The notes beneath the pieces are model-generated. The model searched no databases. It was not told the DNA's origin and saw only the letters and a list, made by a program, of their open reading frames with translations. A stretch of DNA of 62,748 nucleotides, filler included, from Syncephalis fuscata S228 (taxonomy: Eukaryota; Fungi; Zoopagomycota), in NCBI GenBank assembly GCA_025786725.1. It is 4 parts of 4 records of this genome, joined end to end, with 100 filler letters (N's around TTAATTAATTAA, not from the genome) between each part and the next. Parts side by side here need not be neighbours in the genome. Positions count along the whole stretch, not along the records: positions 22,198 to 45,329 come from JAHLTZ010000138.1; positions 45,430 to 58,032 come from JAHLTZ010000263.1; 2 more parts are not named here. One strand, written 5' to 3'. Positions within the stretch are counted from its first letter, which is position 1, and each line of letters begins with the position of its first letter. Positions 36,698 to 48,525 of this stretch are shown here, one piece after another. The position numbers were made by a program, and so were the translations under genes.

Positions 36698-38549
36698 TCA
36701 ATTAGATGTTGGTAATAACAGTTGTTCATCTAAATGGGCCACAGTAAACATATCTCTGTCGATTAATAAAAGAGAGCGGCCAGTCGGGCTCCATCTTAAA
36801 CCATTGACCACGAATTTACCTAATAGTTAAAAGAAACAGCAATATTAGTAGCTGCATTACTATTGATGTGCCTAATAAGCAACACTTACTACTAGGTAAC
36901 TCGATGGCTTGACATCCCTTTTCTTCGGTCCAAAGATAGACATAACAATTACCACAACAAAATGCTAATACACCGGGTAAGATAGGATGCCAACGGGCAG
37001 TTCTTACAGGCGATAATTGTTGAATAAGTGCACGTCCTGCTAATTGATCAATTTGCCATATCCATAAACAATGTGACATATTATCTAAACATTGGTTAAT
37101 ATCTATGTATTTAATATTTATGGTCAATAGATTACCATTGCGCGTTACAAAAAATCGACCTGTGGCATCAAAATCCAATAAATTAATTCCTAGACGTGGA
37201 TTTGGTTTATCTGGATCTGATTTTGCTGATTGAATAATGAGAGGTGGTTGAACAATATCATCTATAAACAATATTAGTTATAAGCTTATTAGTACCACCA
37301 TTGGTACTGACAAATTGGTGCATTGCTCGATGAGGTTGATTCTAGTATATTTTCAATATTGTCACGCTCTCGATAAATGGTCTATTATTGTTTAATACGT
37401 ATAATAGTGAGAACGAATGACTACTTACTGTGGTAGTAGCAATATTATTCCGTTTTATTGCTGCCGGATGTTCGAATGAAGCAATTACTGACCAGGTAAA
37501 ATGATTTAGTAAATGGACCTAGCTCATAATATTAAGATACTGTTACATTTTAATTTGATTTATTTACCTTTTGATCGTAGCCACCTACGGCTAAGAACTG
37601 TGATGAAGGAGACCATGCAACAGAACGAACCCCTAGACCACGCCAATCCGGTATAAATGATTTAACAAGTTGTCCAGACAATGTGTAGATCAGCAGTTTA
37701 TACTAAGTATTCGATAATTATTAGTGCTTTTTATTAAGTATAAACAATTTATAGCTATTTACCTCTAATAATGTATCCCAAACTGCTAGAAATTGACCAT
37801 TGGGTGACCATTGTAATCCTTCTAAATCAAGTGTATCGACTAGAAATGTCTAATAGACACTATTAGCACAGAAATAAACAATAATCATAATTAAATAGCA
37901 ATAGATTACCGTAGCCAATGTCCAACTATTTACATCGTAAATACCAATATGATCTTTAACCTCTTTTCTCTCAGCCAGTGCCATATAACATCCATCTTTT
38001 GTTACACTCAGGCCTAGTTGCAATGAATAAATGGCTGTATAAACAAAAAAATACTCTACTTTGCTATAATTTACCTTTCTCGCGTTGTTTAGGATACTTG
38101 ATGTAAAAAGCTTCTTTATCGGTTAAAGACCAAATAGTAAGGCGCAGCTATAGTTACAAAAAAGCCTCTTTTAGTATAGTATTTCTTTAGCGAATATCTC
38201 GTACTTACTTGCAAGTCGGAGAAACAGAGGATATGCCGACTATCGGCGCTCCATGCCACTCGCGACACACCCGCGACTGCCTCATCAAGCGAGGCAGTCC
38301 ATTTCTCGTCGTCAACACACCACACTTGTACAAGGTCCGTCTTGGCCGTGACCGACATGAGCAATTCACTGTCGGGCGACCAATGAAGCTCGCGAAGCTG
38401 ATCGGTCGACGTCCACTGCCGTACAAGTTGCCGTGTTTCAACATTGCGTACTACGACGCGATGCTGATAAACATTCGCCACATATACGCCGACGGTGATA
38501 ATTGGCAACTCTGCGGCACAGTATGCTTGAAACGCTCCGTGACATTCAT
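36698..38549 (-). CDS. WRAP73: WD40 protein WRAP73/WDR8 homolog (one apparent frameshift near 38490)
   Basis: MNVTERFK...QHRVVVRN...WSPDSE...LVQVW...LDEAVAGV...[25 protein letters not shown] and TRNDNM..LWIW match the WRAP73 family as I recall it. Confidence 0.85.
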
Positions 38550-39788
38550 AATGATGAAGTCGCGACAATCAACGCGTGTATAAATGCGTAAGCGTCAAAT
38601 AGGGGAAAGGAAAATCCAGTAAAGTTGAATTTCCAAATACTACTAATGCCATGTTCATACAGTATTTTACTAAATTTGTATTTAATTATGTGCAGACTAA
38701 TAATAAAGATTAGCTAGTACTAAAGCACGTTTATAATATATTCATAATTTCGTATTAATAAAACCATTTTAATATATCTTTAAATATTTGCACTTATTTT
38801 TTGTAATCAATGCTACGTTGAATGTTTTGTATATAACAATTCATCGACATGTACATGGTTACAGTTGCAATGGTGGCTTACTTGGCAGGTAATTTCAACT
38901 CTATAGTTCGATTATCAATAAATCCAAAAGGTATTTTATAACTATGGTATTAGTTTTCAAACTTGATTTAAGACTTGCCATACATCTTCTGATACACAGT
39001 AATATATTCTAAAAATAGCATTCTGAAGTTCTGGTATTTGTACCGCATATCTAAAATTATTTGTTTCAATAGAATGCAAATAATTAGCCCAAATAATCTG
39101 AATATTTGCCAAATTTGAACTCTATTGAAACAAACAACATGAGCTAGACTAGTTTTTATTACATTGAATCGCTCTTGTTGAATTGCTTCCATTATAAAAT
39201 ATCCATTATAAAATATAATCTCCAGTTGTTGTTATTTGTAATGCTTATTATACATACTAATATTGGCATGCGGTGGGTGCCTTGAATTGAACAAGTTTAT
39301 TGCCAAACGCAATGTTACAGAGAACATGCAGCTGCAATAATTAAACTGGATTTATTCTATTGCACTGAATGCCAACAATTGTTATTTCATCAATGCCCTG
39401 TGATGCTGGTCAGGTTTTTAATGAAACTTGCTACTGTTAACTATGTAATTATTCATGCAATATTGTAAGCAATTGTAAATGATTGGTTTTTGCTCCACCC
39501 ATCAACCTGTTTGTTTCAAGATTTAGAAACTGGCCATTATGGCCTACACGAGTCACCGTGATCTTTGATACAACTTTGCGTTACAAGCTGGTCGTCATCT
39601 GTTAAACAGCTATATAAACACATGCCTAATCCATATATCCAATTATTACCGCAACATAGCACACTCTACTTCATCAGTTTTCACACCATCTAACATAATC
39701 TATACTTTCATACTGATATTACTGCCTTCTATAAACATCATCAATTTATTGAATACTGGATCTTCAATAATAGCAATCAAGTTTCAGC

Positions 39789-40912
39789 ATGTACTCCAAT
39801 ATTCTTAGTGGCAAACAACAACTAATTGCTGTGCTCGCCATCCTATCGCAGGCAGCTTCCATTTCCGCTAGCCCTCTCATTAATACAAACTTACTTGGCC
39901 CGCTTTTATCATCAGGACCATCCTTTGATAAGCAATACAACTTTAGGGCCGTTGCTCCAAAAAACCCAAGCGCATGGTTTGGTCCAGACGTTGAAGGCTT
40001 ATCCGTGGATAACAAGGGCTTCTTCTACGCCAATAATTTCGGCGAAGCAAACACACGCCCGCATAACACTATTGGTCGTATTGATCCATCTACCGATGCC
40101 GCCACCCTCTTTTACACGACCCGGACAGCACTACCTATATAACTGGTACAAGATTCTATAAGCCTTTCAACGCTCAGAATGGACTTTTGATGACCGATAT
40201 CACCAACCATCGAGTCATCAGCCTTACCTGGAATACACCTGATACACCTCTTTCCCTTAGAGTGGGAGAAAATGGCAATGCTGAACGACGAGTCTTGTGC
40301 CAAAACCCCAAGATGATCCAGCCAAATGACTTGGCTGTAGCTGCACGAGGTCGCCACATTTACCTTACCGGCCTGCGTGGCACTAATGAAGTCGGCGAGG
40401 GTGATCTTTGGCTTTGCAGCGAATCCGGTGAAATGACCCAACTCGAGCATATGGGACGAACAAACGGCATTGCGCTTAGCGCACACCAGGACTATCTTTA
40501 CGTTTCTGAGGCGGTTGGTGGCTGGAAACCAAGTACCAATCGAATCTGGCGTTACAAATTGGATTTGATCACTGGCAAGCCGGAAGGACAAAAAGAATTG
40601 TTCTTTGACTTTAATGCATTTGATAAATCAGGTGCCACGGATATCAATGGCATTAGAATTGATGCGGAAGGTTCACTTTATGTGACCCGTATGGGCGTTG
40701 GTGAGATTATTAAACTGTCACGCGATGGAAAAGTAATTTCTCGCATCAAGACGTTGAAGAAAGTGGCAGATATTGAGTTTGGTGGCCCAGGCGCCAGGTC
40801 TATGTACGCCATTGGGCCTTGTGAATCAAAACCAAACGAGTTCTCCACTGCTGGCTGTGTAGAAAAAACATCTGCACCAGTTAGTGGTCTTTCATGGACA
40901 CAGCTGCAATAA
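39789..40912 (+). CDS. Secreted SMP-30/gluconolactonase-family beta-propeller, intronless (one frameshift near 40117)
   Basis: Signal peptide; VEGLSVD, QPNDLAV, MGRTNGIALS, NGIRIDAEGSLYVTR and FGGPG. Confidence 0.85.
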
Positions 40913-41071
40913 GTAATTGTTAATACTAATTAAACATACCGTTTTAGCATATAAAAGTTCATTCAAATTATAGTTAGCATTTATTATAAACTATATACAA
41001 ATTGCAATTTCATATACAATGTATTGAATAAAGCAATTAATTTCATTTAGCTAATATTGATGCAAGATAGT

Positions 41072-42007
41072 TTAAATCACGTAAAATGACCTACTAAACT
41101 GATCTATTTTTAACTGAGTAGTTTTAGCGATCCAAGGAATGAAAAAGTCGCATCGTGCATAAAAAACCAATAGCTCCTCTTCCACCGCAAACATCGCCAA
41201 TACGTCCAAAAAAGTTTTGCCAAAACTTGTGATACCAATTTGTAGCCACAATGGTAAATCTATTTCATCTACTGAGCAGTATGAAGTATCCTGAGTCTCT
41301 ATCAAAAGAGGATTGCCTGAATCGCCTACACACGTGTCTCTTCCATTGCCACTACCGATACATATAAGCTGATCAGTATGGTTGCTATAGCTGGGAAAAG
41401 CCTTGTTGCAAATGTTTTTGTCGCCTGCAGGTAAATTAACGCGCTGAAGAAACGGCGACTCATCAAATGTCTTCGTCTTACCCCACCCAATGGCTGTGTA
41501 GACTTGGTTGTTTTCTACTATGCTACTATTTTGCACTAATTTCACAGGCTGCATATTTGTGGAGAAATTTACAGGCTTTTCAAGTTCAATCAAGCCTGCA
41601 TCAAATAAGTTGTCATTATCTTTGTAACCGGGATGAATAAATATGTTTTTTGCTAGTTTGGGAGCAATCGTATTGCTAGTGATGTTGCCTATGCTTAATG
41701 AAATATTTTTAATGTTTAACAAAATGGTTTTTTGTGTCTGTTCTGGTTGATTTATATCTACCAAGCAATGCGCAGCAGTTAATACCCAACGATCGCTGAT
41801 TAGAGAACCGCCACATATAGCAGTATGATTGACAAGAATGCTAACAGCGAATGGAAACTGATTTACCTTTGCTCTAGAGCCACCAGCAATTTTCATTACA
41901 TACTTTTGCGGTGTAGACGTAACAATCAATTGGAGATTTGAAAGGATTGTCATAACTAGGAGCAATAAAAGCAATGGCTTTTTGGACTGAAAGTAATTGC
42001 TATACAT
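41072..42007 (-). CDS. Secreted trypsin-like (S1) serine protease, intronless
   Basis: Signal peptide, K|IAGG activation site, CGGSLI, LTAAHC, DAGLIEL and GDSGNP. Confidence 0.92.
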   Translation of the reverse strand: MYSNYFQSKKPLLLLLLVMTILSNLQLIVTSTPQKYVMKIAGGSRAKVNQFPFAVSILVNHTAICGGSLISDRWVLTAAHCLVDINQPEQTQKTILLNIKNISLSIGNITSNTIAPKLAKNIFIHPGYKDNDNLFDAGLIELEKPVNFSTNMQPVKLVQNSSIVENNQVYTAIGWGKTKTFDESPFLQRVNLPAGDKNICNKAFPSYSNHTDQLICIGSGNGRDTCVGDSGNPLLIETQDTSYCSVDEIDLPLWLQIGITSFGKTFLDVLAMFAVEEELLVFYARCDFFIPWIAKTTQLKIDQFSRSFYVI

Positions 42008-43532
42008 TGTTGAAACTTAAGTTGCTCGGTGCTATTTGAAGATATAGTGATGATGAAAATGCGTACAGTGTACTAGACGCTGTATCTGAGTCGATGCAAA
42101 TAAAACCGCATATAATAAAAAGTATGCAAAGTATGCATGTAAATAATAATTGTTATAAATTTAAAATTATACAATATGAGAGGAGCAGCATCTGATTTTG
42201 AGAATTAAGAATAAAATGTAAAACGATAAAACTATTGCTCGATATATACACATAAGCTGCCTTTGCGGTTGAACAAAGAAACATTGCAAAGGCGATGTTT
42301 AGCAACAAATATGCAGTCTAATACAAAAAATTAGTTGCAATTAAATATTGTATTAATTTATTAGCTAGACTTTTATTGTGGTCAATTATTAAATTTAAAC
42401 CTATGTTTGTATGCACAGCAAAAACATGTTACAGATGCACTAGTAATTATATTTGATTATGTGACATATTTGATATAAGTATAATACAGCTAAAAAGTCA
42501 CGTAATTGATTATTTGACACATAAATTACTGCTTGTGTGGCATATCTAATCCATAGTACATAATATAAATCAAGTCCAAGCTATCTGTTTCGTTTGTGTT
42601 TAGACAACTACAGATAAACTTACACCTTTAAATGTAAAAATATTGAAAATTAGCGATAGCACATGACAACTTTTTATTGCTATCGCTTCCAATAGCAATC
42701 AGAACTACAAAGATTGTAGTCTATAAATCTACAAAATAATTATAGCAGCTTTACTATTTTTGTATCATATTCGTAACTATTTACAAACTCGTAGCTGAAA
42801 TGCTATATGGTTTTATTTTTGTTTATTTATACATGTAATTATATAAATAAATATTATTCTGATTGCTGCTGTCACGCTCAATCTTAAAACAAGCAATGTA
42901 ACCTATACTAATTATAGAACCAGTATTTTGTGTAGTACGTTTAGTGAATTGATTCATGAAACGATGATATGGCATTAGTTGAGGCTATAATAACCGGTAT
43001 TTGCTGCAGGCATGGTGTTCCAGACTCTCCTTGTTTCAAAAATAGTCCAATGTGATTTGACAAAGCTCCCTGTGCTGTTTCAACTACTATATCAGTTACA
43101 TTGATGTCTACTAAATAATGCATATATTTCAAAGTAGTATCGTAAATCCGATTAACACAGAAAACTTGCAGCTACATTGATAGCTAACCGCCACATTACA
43201 ATGTTTTAGATTTCCACTTGGCAATACATTTTGGGGATCGTGTTACATGTTTCTAAGTAGCAATTAAACATGAGCGAAAATCGAATATCGTTTGGAAGCC
43301 AGCTAATACCAAGTGATAAGCTTTATAAATGCATGCCAATTTCGACAGTTTGTCTTTTATCCCTCACTTCTTATCCAATATTTCAGCTATTTAGCACATT
43401 ATTACATCCGCAGGTTTCGGACAATAACACTGTTTACTCATTACTTTACAATATACTATAGTATATTGTACTTATCTTTTTATCAGTTTCTATACTTTAC
43501 TACAAGTGACCAGCTTGCCAACTACAGCTAAA

Positions 43533-44641
43533 ATGCATTCCACTTTGCTTTTCTCTTCTGCTGCCGCAGTTGTTATCTTGCAAGTTCTTTCTGCGACTGC
43601 CATATATGTGCCCCCAAATCCAACCACTAGCAATTATAAACCTGTATCAAAGCTGCCTAAAGGAAAGATCGCATTTACAAAGATCGAACAAGGCAGCAAC
43701 AATTTGTGGTTTGGTGACAAGGCCGAAGGTGCTGCTGTAGATAAAGAAGGCAATATCTATGCAGTTGATATGACCGCTTCTGGAACTGACGCCAAGCGAC
43801 TTCTAATAACGTTGGCCGTCTTGATTCCTCCAACAAAGCCAGTATATTCTACACCGATTCAGATACCACTACCTATGTTAATGGTGTTCGGTTCGTTCAA
43901 CCACGGCAAGGAGCCAAGGTGGCCGTGTTTTATTGGCAGATGTTACAAACCACCGTGTTATCGAAGTGTCATGGACTACTCCAAATACACCAGAAAAGCT
44001 AACCATTGGTGGCAACTCCGAACGTCGTATTCTCTGCAAAAACGATAAGATGCTGCAGCCTAATGATCTTGCCGTGGCACCAAACGGCAAGCATGTTTAC
44101 CTTACAGGGATGAAAGGAGATAACACCAGTGGATCTGGCGATCTTTGGCTCTGCGATGAAAAGGGCGTGGCTACACTTCTCGACACCATGGGTCGCACCA
44201 ATGGTATTGAAGTGTGTCCGCTTGGCGACTATCTTTATGTTACAGAGGCCGTTGGTGGATGGACACCTACAGCTGGTTATATGGAGATACACACTGAATA
44301 AAACCACCGGAAAGCCCGAAGGCAAGAAAGAGTGTTCTTTGATTTCCAAAAGTACGATCAATCTGGCTCGACTGACAGCGATGGTATGCGTATTGACAGC
44401 GCTCATAATCTTTACGTAACACGCAACGGTGGCAAGAAAGTGGTTAAAATTTGCAAAAATGGTAAAGGCCAGACCATTGAAACCCCATTTGAAAAAGTAA
44501 CCAATCTGGAAATGGGTGGCAAAGACGGAAAGACACTATGTCGTTGGCTCATGTTCAAGCTCGAAAGGGGACGGTACGACTGGCTGTGTAGCCAAGGCAT
44601 CGGTTCCAATTGCAGGCCGTGCTTGGAAAGAACTACAGTAA
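43533..44641 (+). CDS. Second secreted SMP-30/gluconolactonase paralog with multiple apparent frameshifts
   Basis: Signal peptide; fragments AEGAAVD, QPNDLAV, MGRTNGIEV, DGMRIDS and GGKDGKT lie in different frames and are colinear with 39789-40912. Confidence 0.8.
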
Positions 44642-45329
44642 ACAGAATCCATCTTAATTATGCTGTTGTCGTTATACATATTAAATAAAGATGGCTTAAC
44701 CAAATAATATTATACAATTTTATTAATGTAGAATGTTAACAACTGCAAATAAACTATGGTAAAAACATAGTCATGAATTACCAGACTATCTTTACTGGCT
44801 GTTTTCTAGAAGCAATCAATCCAATAATACCATTACACTTAATTGCGCTAAATATTCTTACCAATCAAGCAAACTTTACATTATACATTAATCTGCAACT
44901 TTACAGTAAAAGAGTTTTGCTAATATTTTACATACTTAGTAATTTAGTGGCAAAGCTTTATTATATTATTACCGTAAAAACAATAGCAATCCTTAAGCAA
45001 TTAAACATTACGCTAGTTGATTGTAGACTAGATAAGATTTATAAGAAAACAAGAAAATAAATGAAGTAATTAATAATTTTTATTAGAGATAACAAATAAT
45101 AATGTATTTTTATAATAAAATGAGCTGTAATAAAGATAGTTGTGAAGAAAGAATTTGAGCTTATTGTCTGCTTTTTCCATTCAATGATAAACGAGCACTA
45201 TTTTACTTCAATTAAATTAGCGTTCACGCAATATGTTAATAGTATAATAAAAGCAGCGATGTACCTGTAAGGGCCATAGGTCACTTATAAATTAGTAATT
45301 GGCCATTTCAATTATTTGCTAAGTATATT

Positions 45330-45429
45330 NNNNNNNNNNNNNNNNNNNNNNNNNNNNNNNNNNNNNNNNNNNNTTAATTAATTAANNNNNNNNNNNNNNN
45401 NNNNNNNNNNNNNNNNNNNNNNNNNNNNN
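45330..45429. other. Assembly joiner or gap
   Basis: 100-nt N block with TTAATTAATTAA. Confidence 0.99.
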
Positions 45430-46005
45430 TGTAATAATTGTACGAATATGTTAATAAATGTGTAAAAATAGCCGTTTTATGCTGTTTATGACCTATATAA
45501 TTAAAATGCAGCAAAATGATTGCCGGATTCGAGTTCTCCATGCTTGGTTAAACAGATTGGTATAATGTATAGAGTAACAATTTTTGCAAAAAAAATTGGT
45601 CAAAAGTGTAACTTATGTATCTGTTAATTAGAATTACGTTATACGTATACATATAGTATAACTTGATTCTGTGCACCGTTATCGCAACATAATGACTTGC
45701 TATAATGTTTATTTTAGCACTATACAATGCTTTGGATTTTCTTTAAATTGAATTTCATTTTTATCCTTAAATTTCTAAACTCGTGGAATTTACATACTTT
45801 CTTGTTAACTAATAACACCTAAGTTGCATTTTTGACCAATTTTTTTTGCAAAAATTGTTACTCTATACATTATACCAATCTGTTTAACCAAGCATGGAGA
45901 ACTCGAATCCGGCAATCATTTTGCTGCATTTTAATTATATAGGTCATAAACAGCATAAAACGGCTATTTTTACACATTTATTAACATATTCGTACAATTA
46001 TTACA
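45430..46005. repeat. 176-bp perfect inverted repeat at contig start
   Basis: 45430-45605 is the reverse complement of 45830-46005. Confidence 0.92.
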
Positions 46006-47421
46006 TCATAACACAATGCAATTACGGTATAATTTGTTAATAGCTACATATATGTTATGTACGTATATATACAAACATCATACAGTTTGTTTTGTTTTAC
46101 GTAAAGTTATGCATAATTTAGCAGCATTTTATTAATCAAGTTATTGTTCTTATTTAAACGCCATTGAATTTTGCCATTTATTTATACTAGAATTACGCTT
46201 TCAATACGTTGTACATTTTATAGAATTGGCGCAATAATTTTAATTTTAATATAAAATAGCGCTTTATTGGCATTTCAAAGTATTGTAAGTAAATGTTTTT
46301 CTAAAATAATAACTATTAAAAGCATAAATTTTGCATTTTCCAATGGTTGTATCATTACAATCTCGATATTATGCACATACTATTATAATCACGTAGCTAG
46401 AAAAACTTACCATATAATTAGACAAATCTGTTAACATTACATATGAATAGTCGCAAAAACAATATATATATATATTGAATATTTGCACTAGCTATTAACG
46501 ACAACTACTACAAAGATATAGCTGGTAAATATTTATCAGCTGTGAACATATAATTGATAACATACACTAATAACGCTGCGTTGATAAGAAAACACTAATA
46601 ATTATTCAAGCTCTACTATTGGCTATGTCTAGTATATAGTGCTAACTTTATTTGATAGCAATAAATACATTAATAATTTCCAGCTCGATCCTATTTCTAC
46701 TTGATGTTACACAAATTATTGAGTTTATTATAGCTGAGCTGTGATAATTAATGAACAATGAGTAATAAACATATTATCAAATCAACATTAAACAATCAAC
46801 ACGTTGTATTCTAAGCATTAAAATAAACGTTGGCAAATATCAAAGAATACCGTGAGGATGTGTGTTGTTTGGTCATCTAGGCTACCATCTCTAAAAGCAG
46901 AGCTGTAACAATAATAAACAAATAACCATCATTATACTATTTAAAAAAGTTCATAAGGTAATAGGTCAATGTGTACTAATACTTTTTAATTTTTTAATAA
47001 ATGATTATAGATTAACTGTCAATAAATGAATGTAATACTATACAATAGAGATATCAAATCGGCCTAAAAGCAAATATATTGCTATAAATTTTTTAATTCA
47101 GTGATAAAAAAGATTGAATAAAGCTAAAAAATAAAATAATTTGAATAGTATACTAATAATGTTATTTTATAGTACAGTATAGGCATAATAATTGATAGTA
47201 TTAATACATAAATATACATTATTCAACTTCTATTTTATAAATTACTTTGTAAAATTAATAAACTAAATCTACAATATAGATTAATTATTTAGATAATCCA
47301 TTTCCATTATTTAGATCAATTATATAATTAACATAAAACATTTTAAACAAATAGATTTGTATAAATAAAATACCATTTGTATTACTAGTACGCAAACAAA
47401 TAGAACAATAGACTAAAGCTA

Positions 47422-48156
47422 CTACGTACGAGAACCACTGGTCTTTCGGGTCTTTCGCTTATGCGTGGTTCCTTTTCGTTTTGGCGACTGTTTGTTATTG
47501 GTTACCGAAGAAGCGGATTTGAATGCACGTTCATTTGAAGTAGTTTTATCGTCCTCGCCCATCGACGTAGAGTCGGTCAATTCCGATCCAGTGGAGGTAA
47601 TATCCTCATCATCGCTATTGCTAGTACTGTTAGCTGCTGGATTCATAGAACGGCTCAATTGAAGATGGTCTGGTACAGTAGGCACTGCAAGGTAATGATC
47701 ATCAATTCCTAAGCTATTGATTCTACTCTGCAAGTTTCTACTAATAGGATGCTTACGTGCCTTACTAGGTAATGTCTCCTTTTCAGTTGCCAGCAATATC
47801 GTTGTTGCTGTAGAATTTGGCTGCTTCGTTTGACGGTGGGTACGCGACAATAGCCAACTTGGCACGAGTGACTTGCCGTAAATTAGCCATACTTGCTGCC
47901 AACGAACACCAATCAACGATCGACCCGATGTCAGCTCTTGTTGAGTCTCATTAATCTTTTGCTCTATTAGTAATAAATTCTTAATATCTGGATAGAATCG
48001 CAAAGCGATGGTAAGGACAATGGCTGACGACCAAAGTAGAAACGAAGCAATGGGTACTGGTGTCCATAGCGACACTTTACCAATCATGTCGCACACTCTC
48101 TCAGTAAGACTGGACGGCTCATTTGTCCGGGAACGAATGGTAGTATTAGTCGACAT
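47422..48156 (-). CDS. Hypothetical membrane-anchored protein with Ser/Thr-rich, basic tail
   Basis: 244-aa ORF, GC-richer than its flanks, with one hydrophobic segment (PVPIASFLLWSSAIVLTIAL). Confidence 0.6.
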   Translation of the reverse strand: MSTNTTIRSRTNEPSSLTERVCDMIGKVSLWTPVPIASFLLWSSAIVLTIALRFYPDIKNLLLIEQKINETQQELTSGRSLIGVRWQQVWLIYGKSLVPSWLLSRTHRQTKQPNSTATTILLATEKETLPSKARKHPISRNLQSRINSLGIDDHYLAVPTVPDHLQLSRSMNPAANSTSNSDDEDITSTGSELTDSTSMGEDDKTTSNERAFKSASSVTNNKQSPKRKGTTHKRKTRKTSGSRT

Positions 48157-48525
48157 AATAACAATTAACCAGATATATACGAGTATTAGTAAATCAATAA
48201 ACTGGCTATAACGAAAAGTGACGATAATATAGCTTTAAATACACTTTCAGGGGGGTATAGCAAAGATAAATAGTTCACCTTGAAGTTTAATAAACATTTA
48301 CTGATGTGCGTTAAGGGGGTATCAATAAAACATCCATTATTAACAAGCATGCATATTATCTTTCATAATCAATGATACCAAGTCAAGGCGCTTTTTTTAT
48401 TTATTCCTAATATGTATTGCCATTGATGACAACAAACCAGATGTAAACATATATATGCATACGGCAAGTGAACATCACTATGGACATGTATACTTAATGT
48501 TTGTTCGTTGGCTACGTATGCATAA

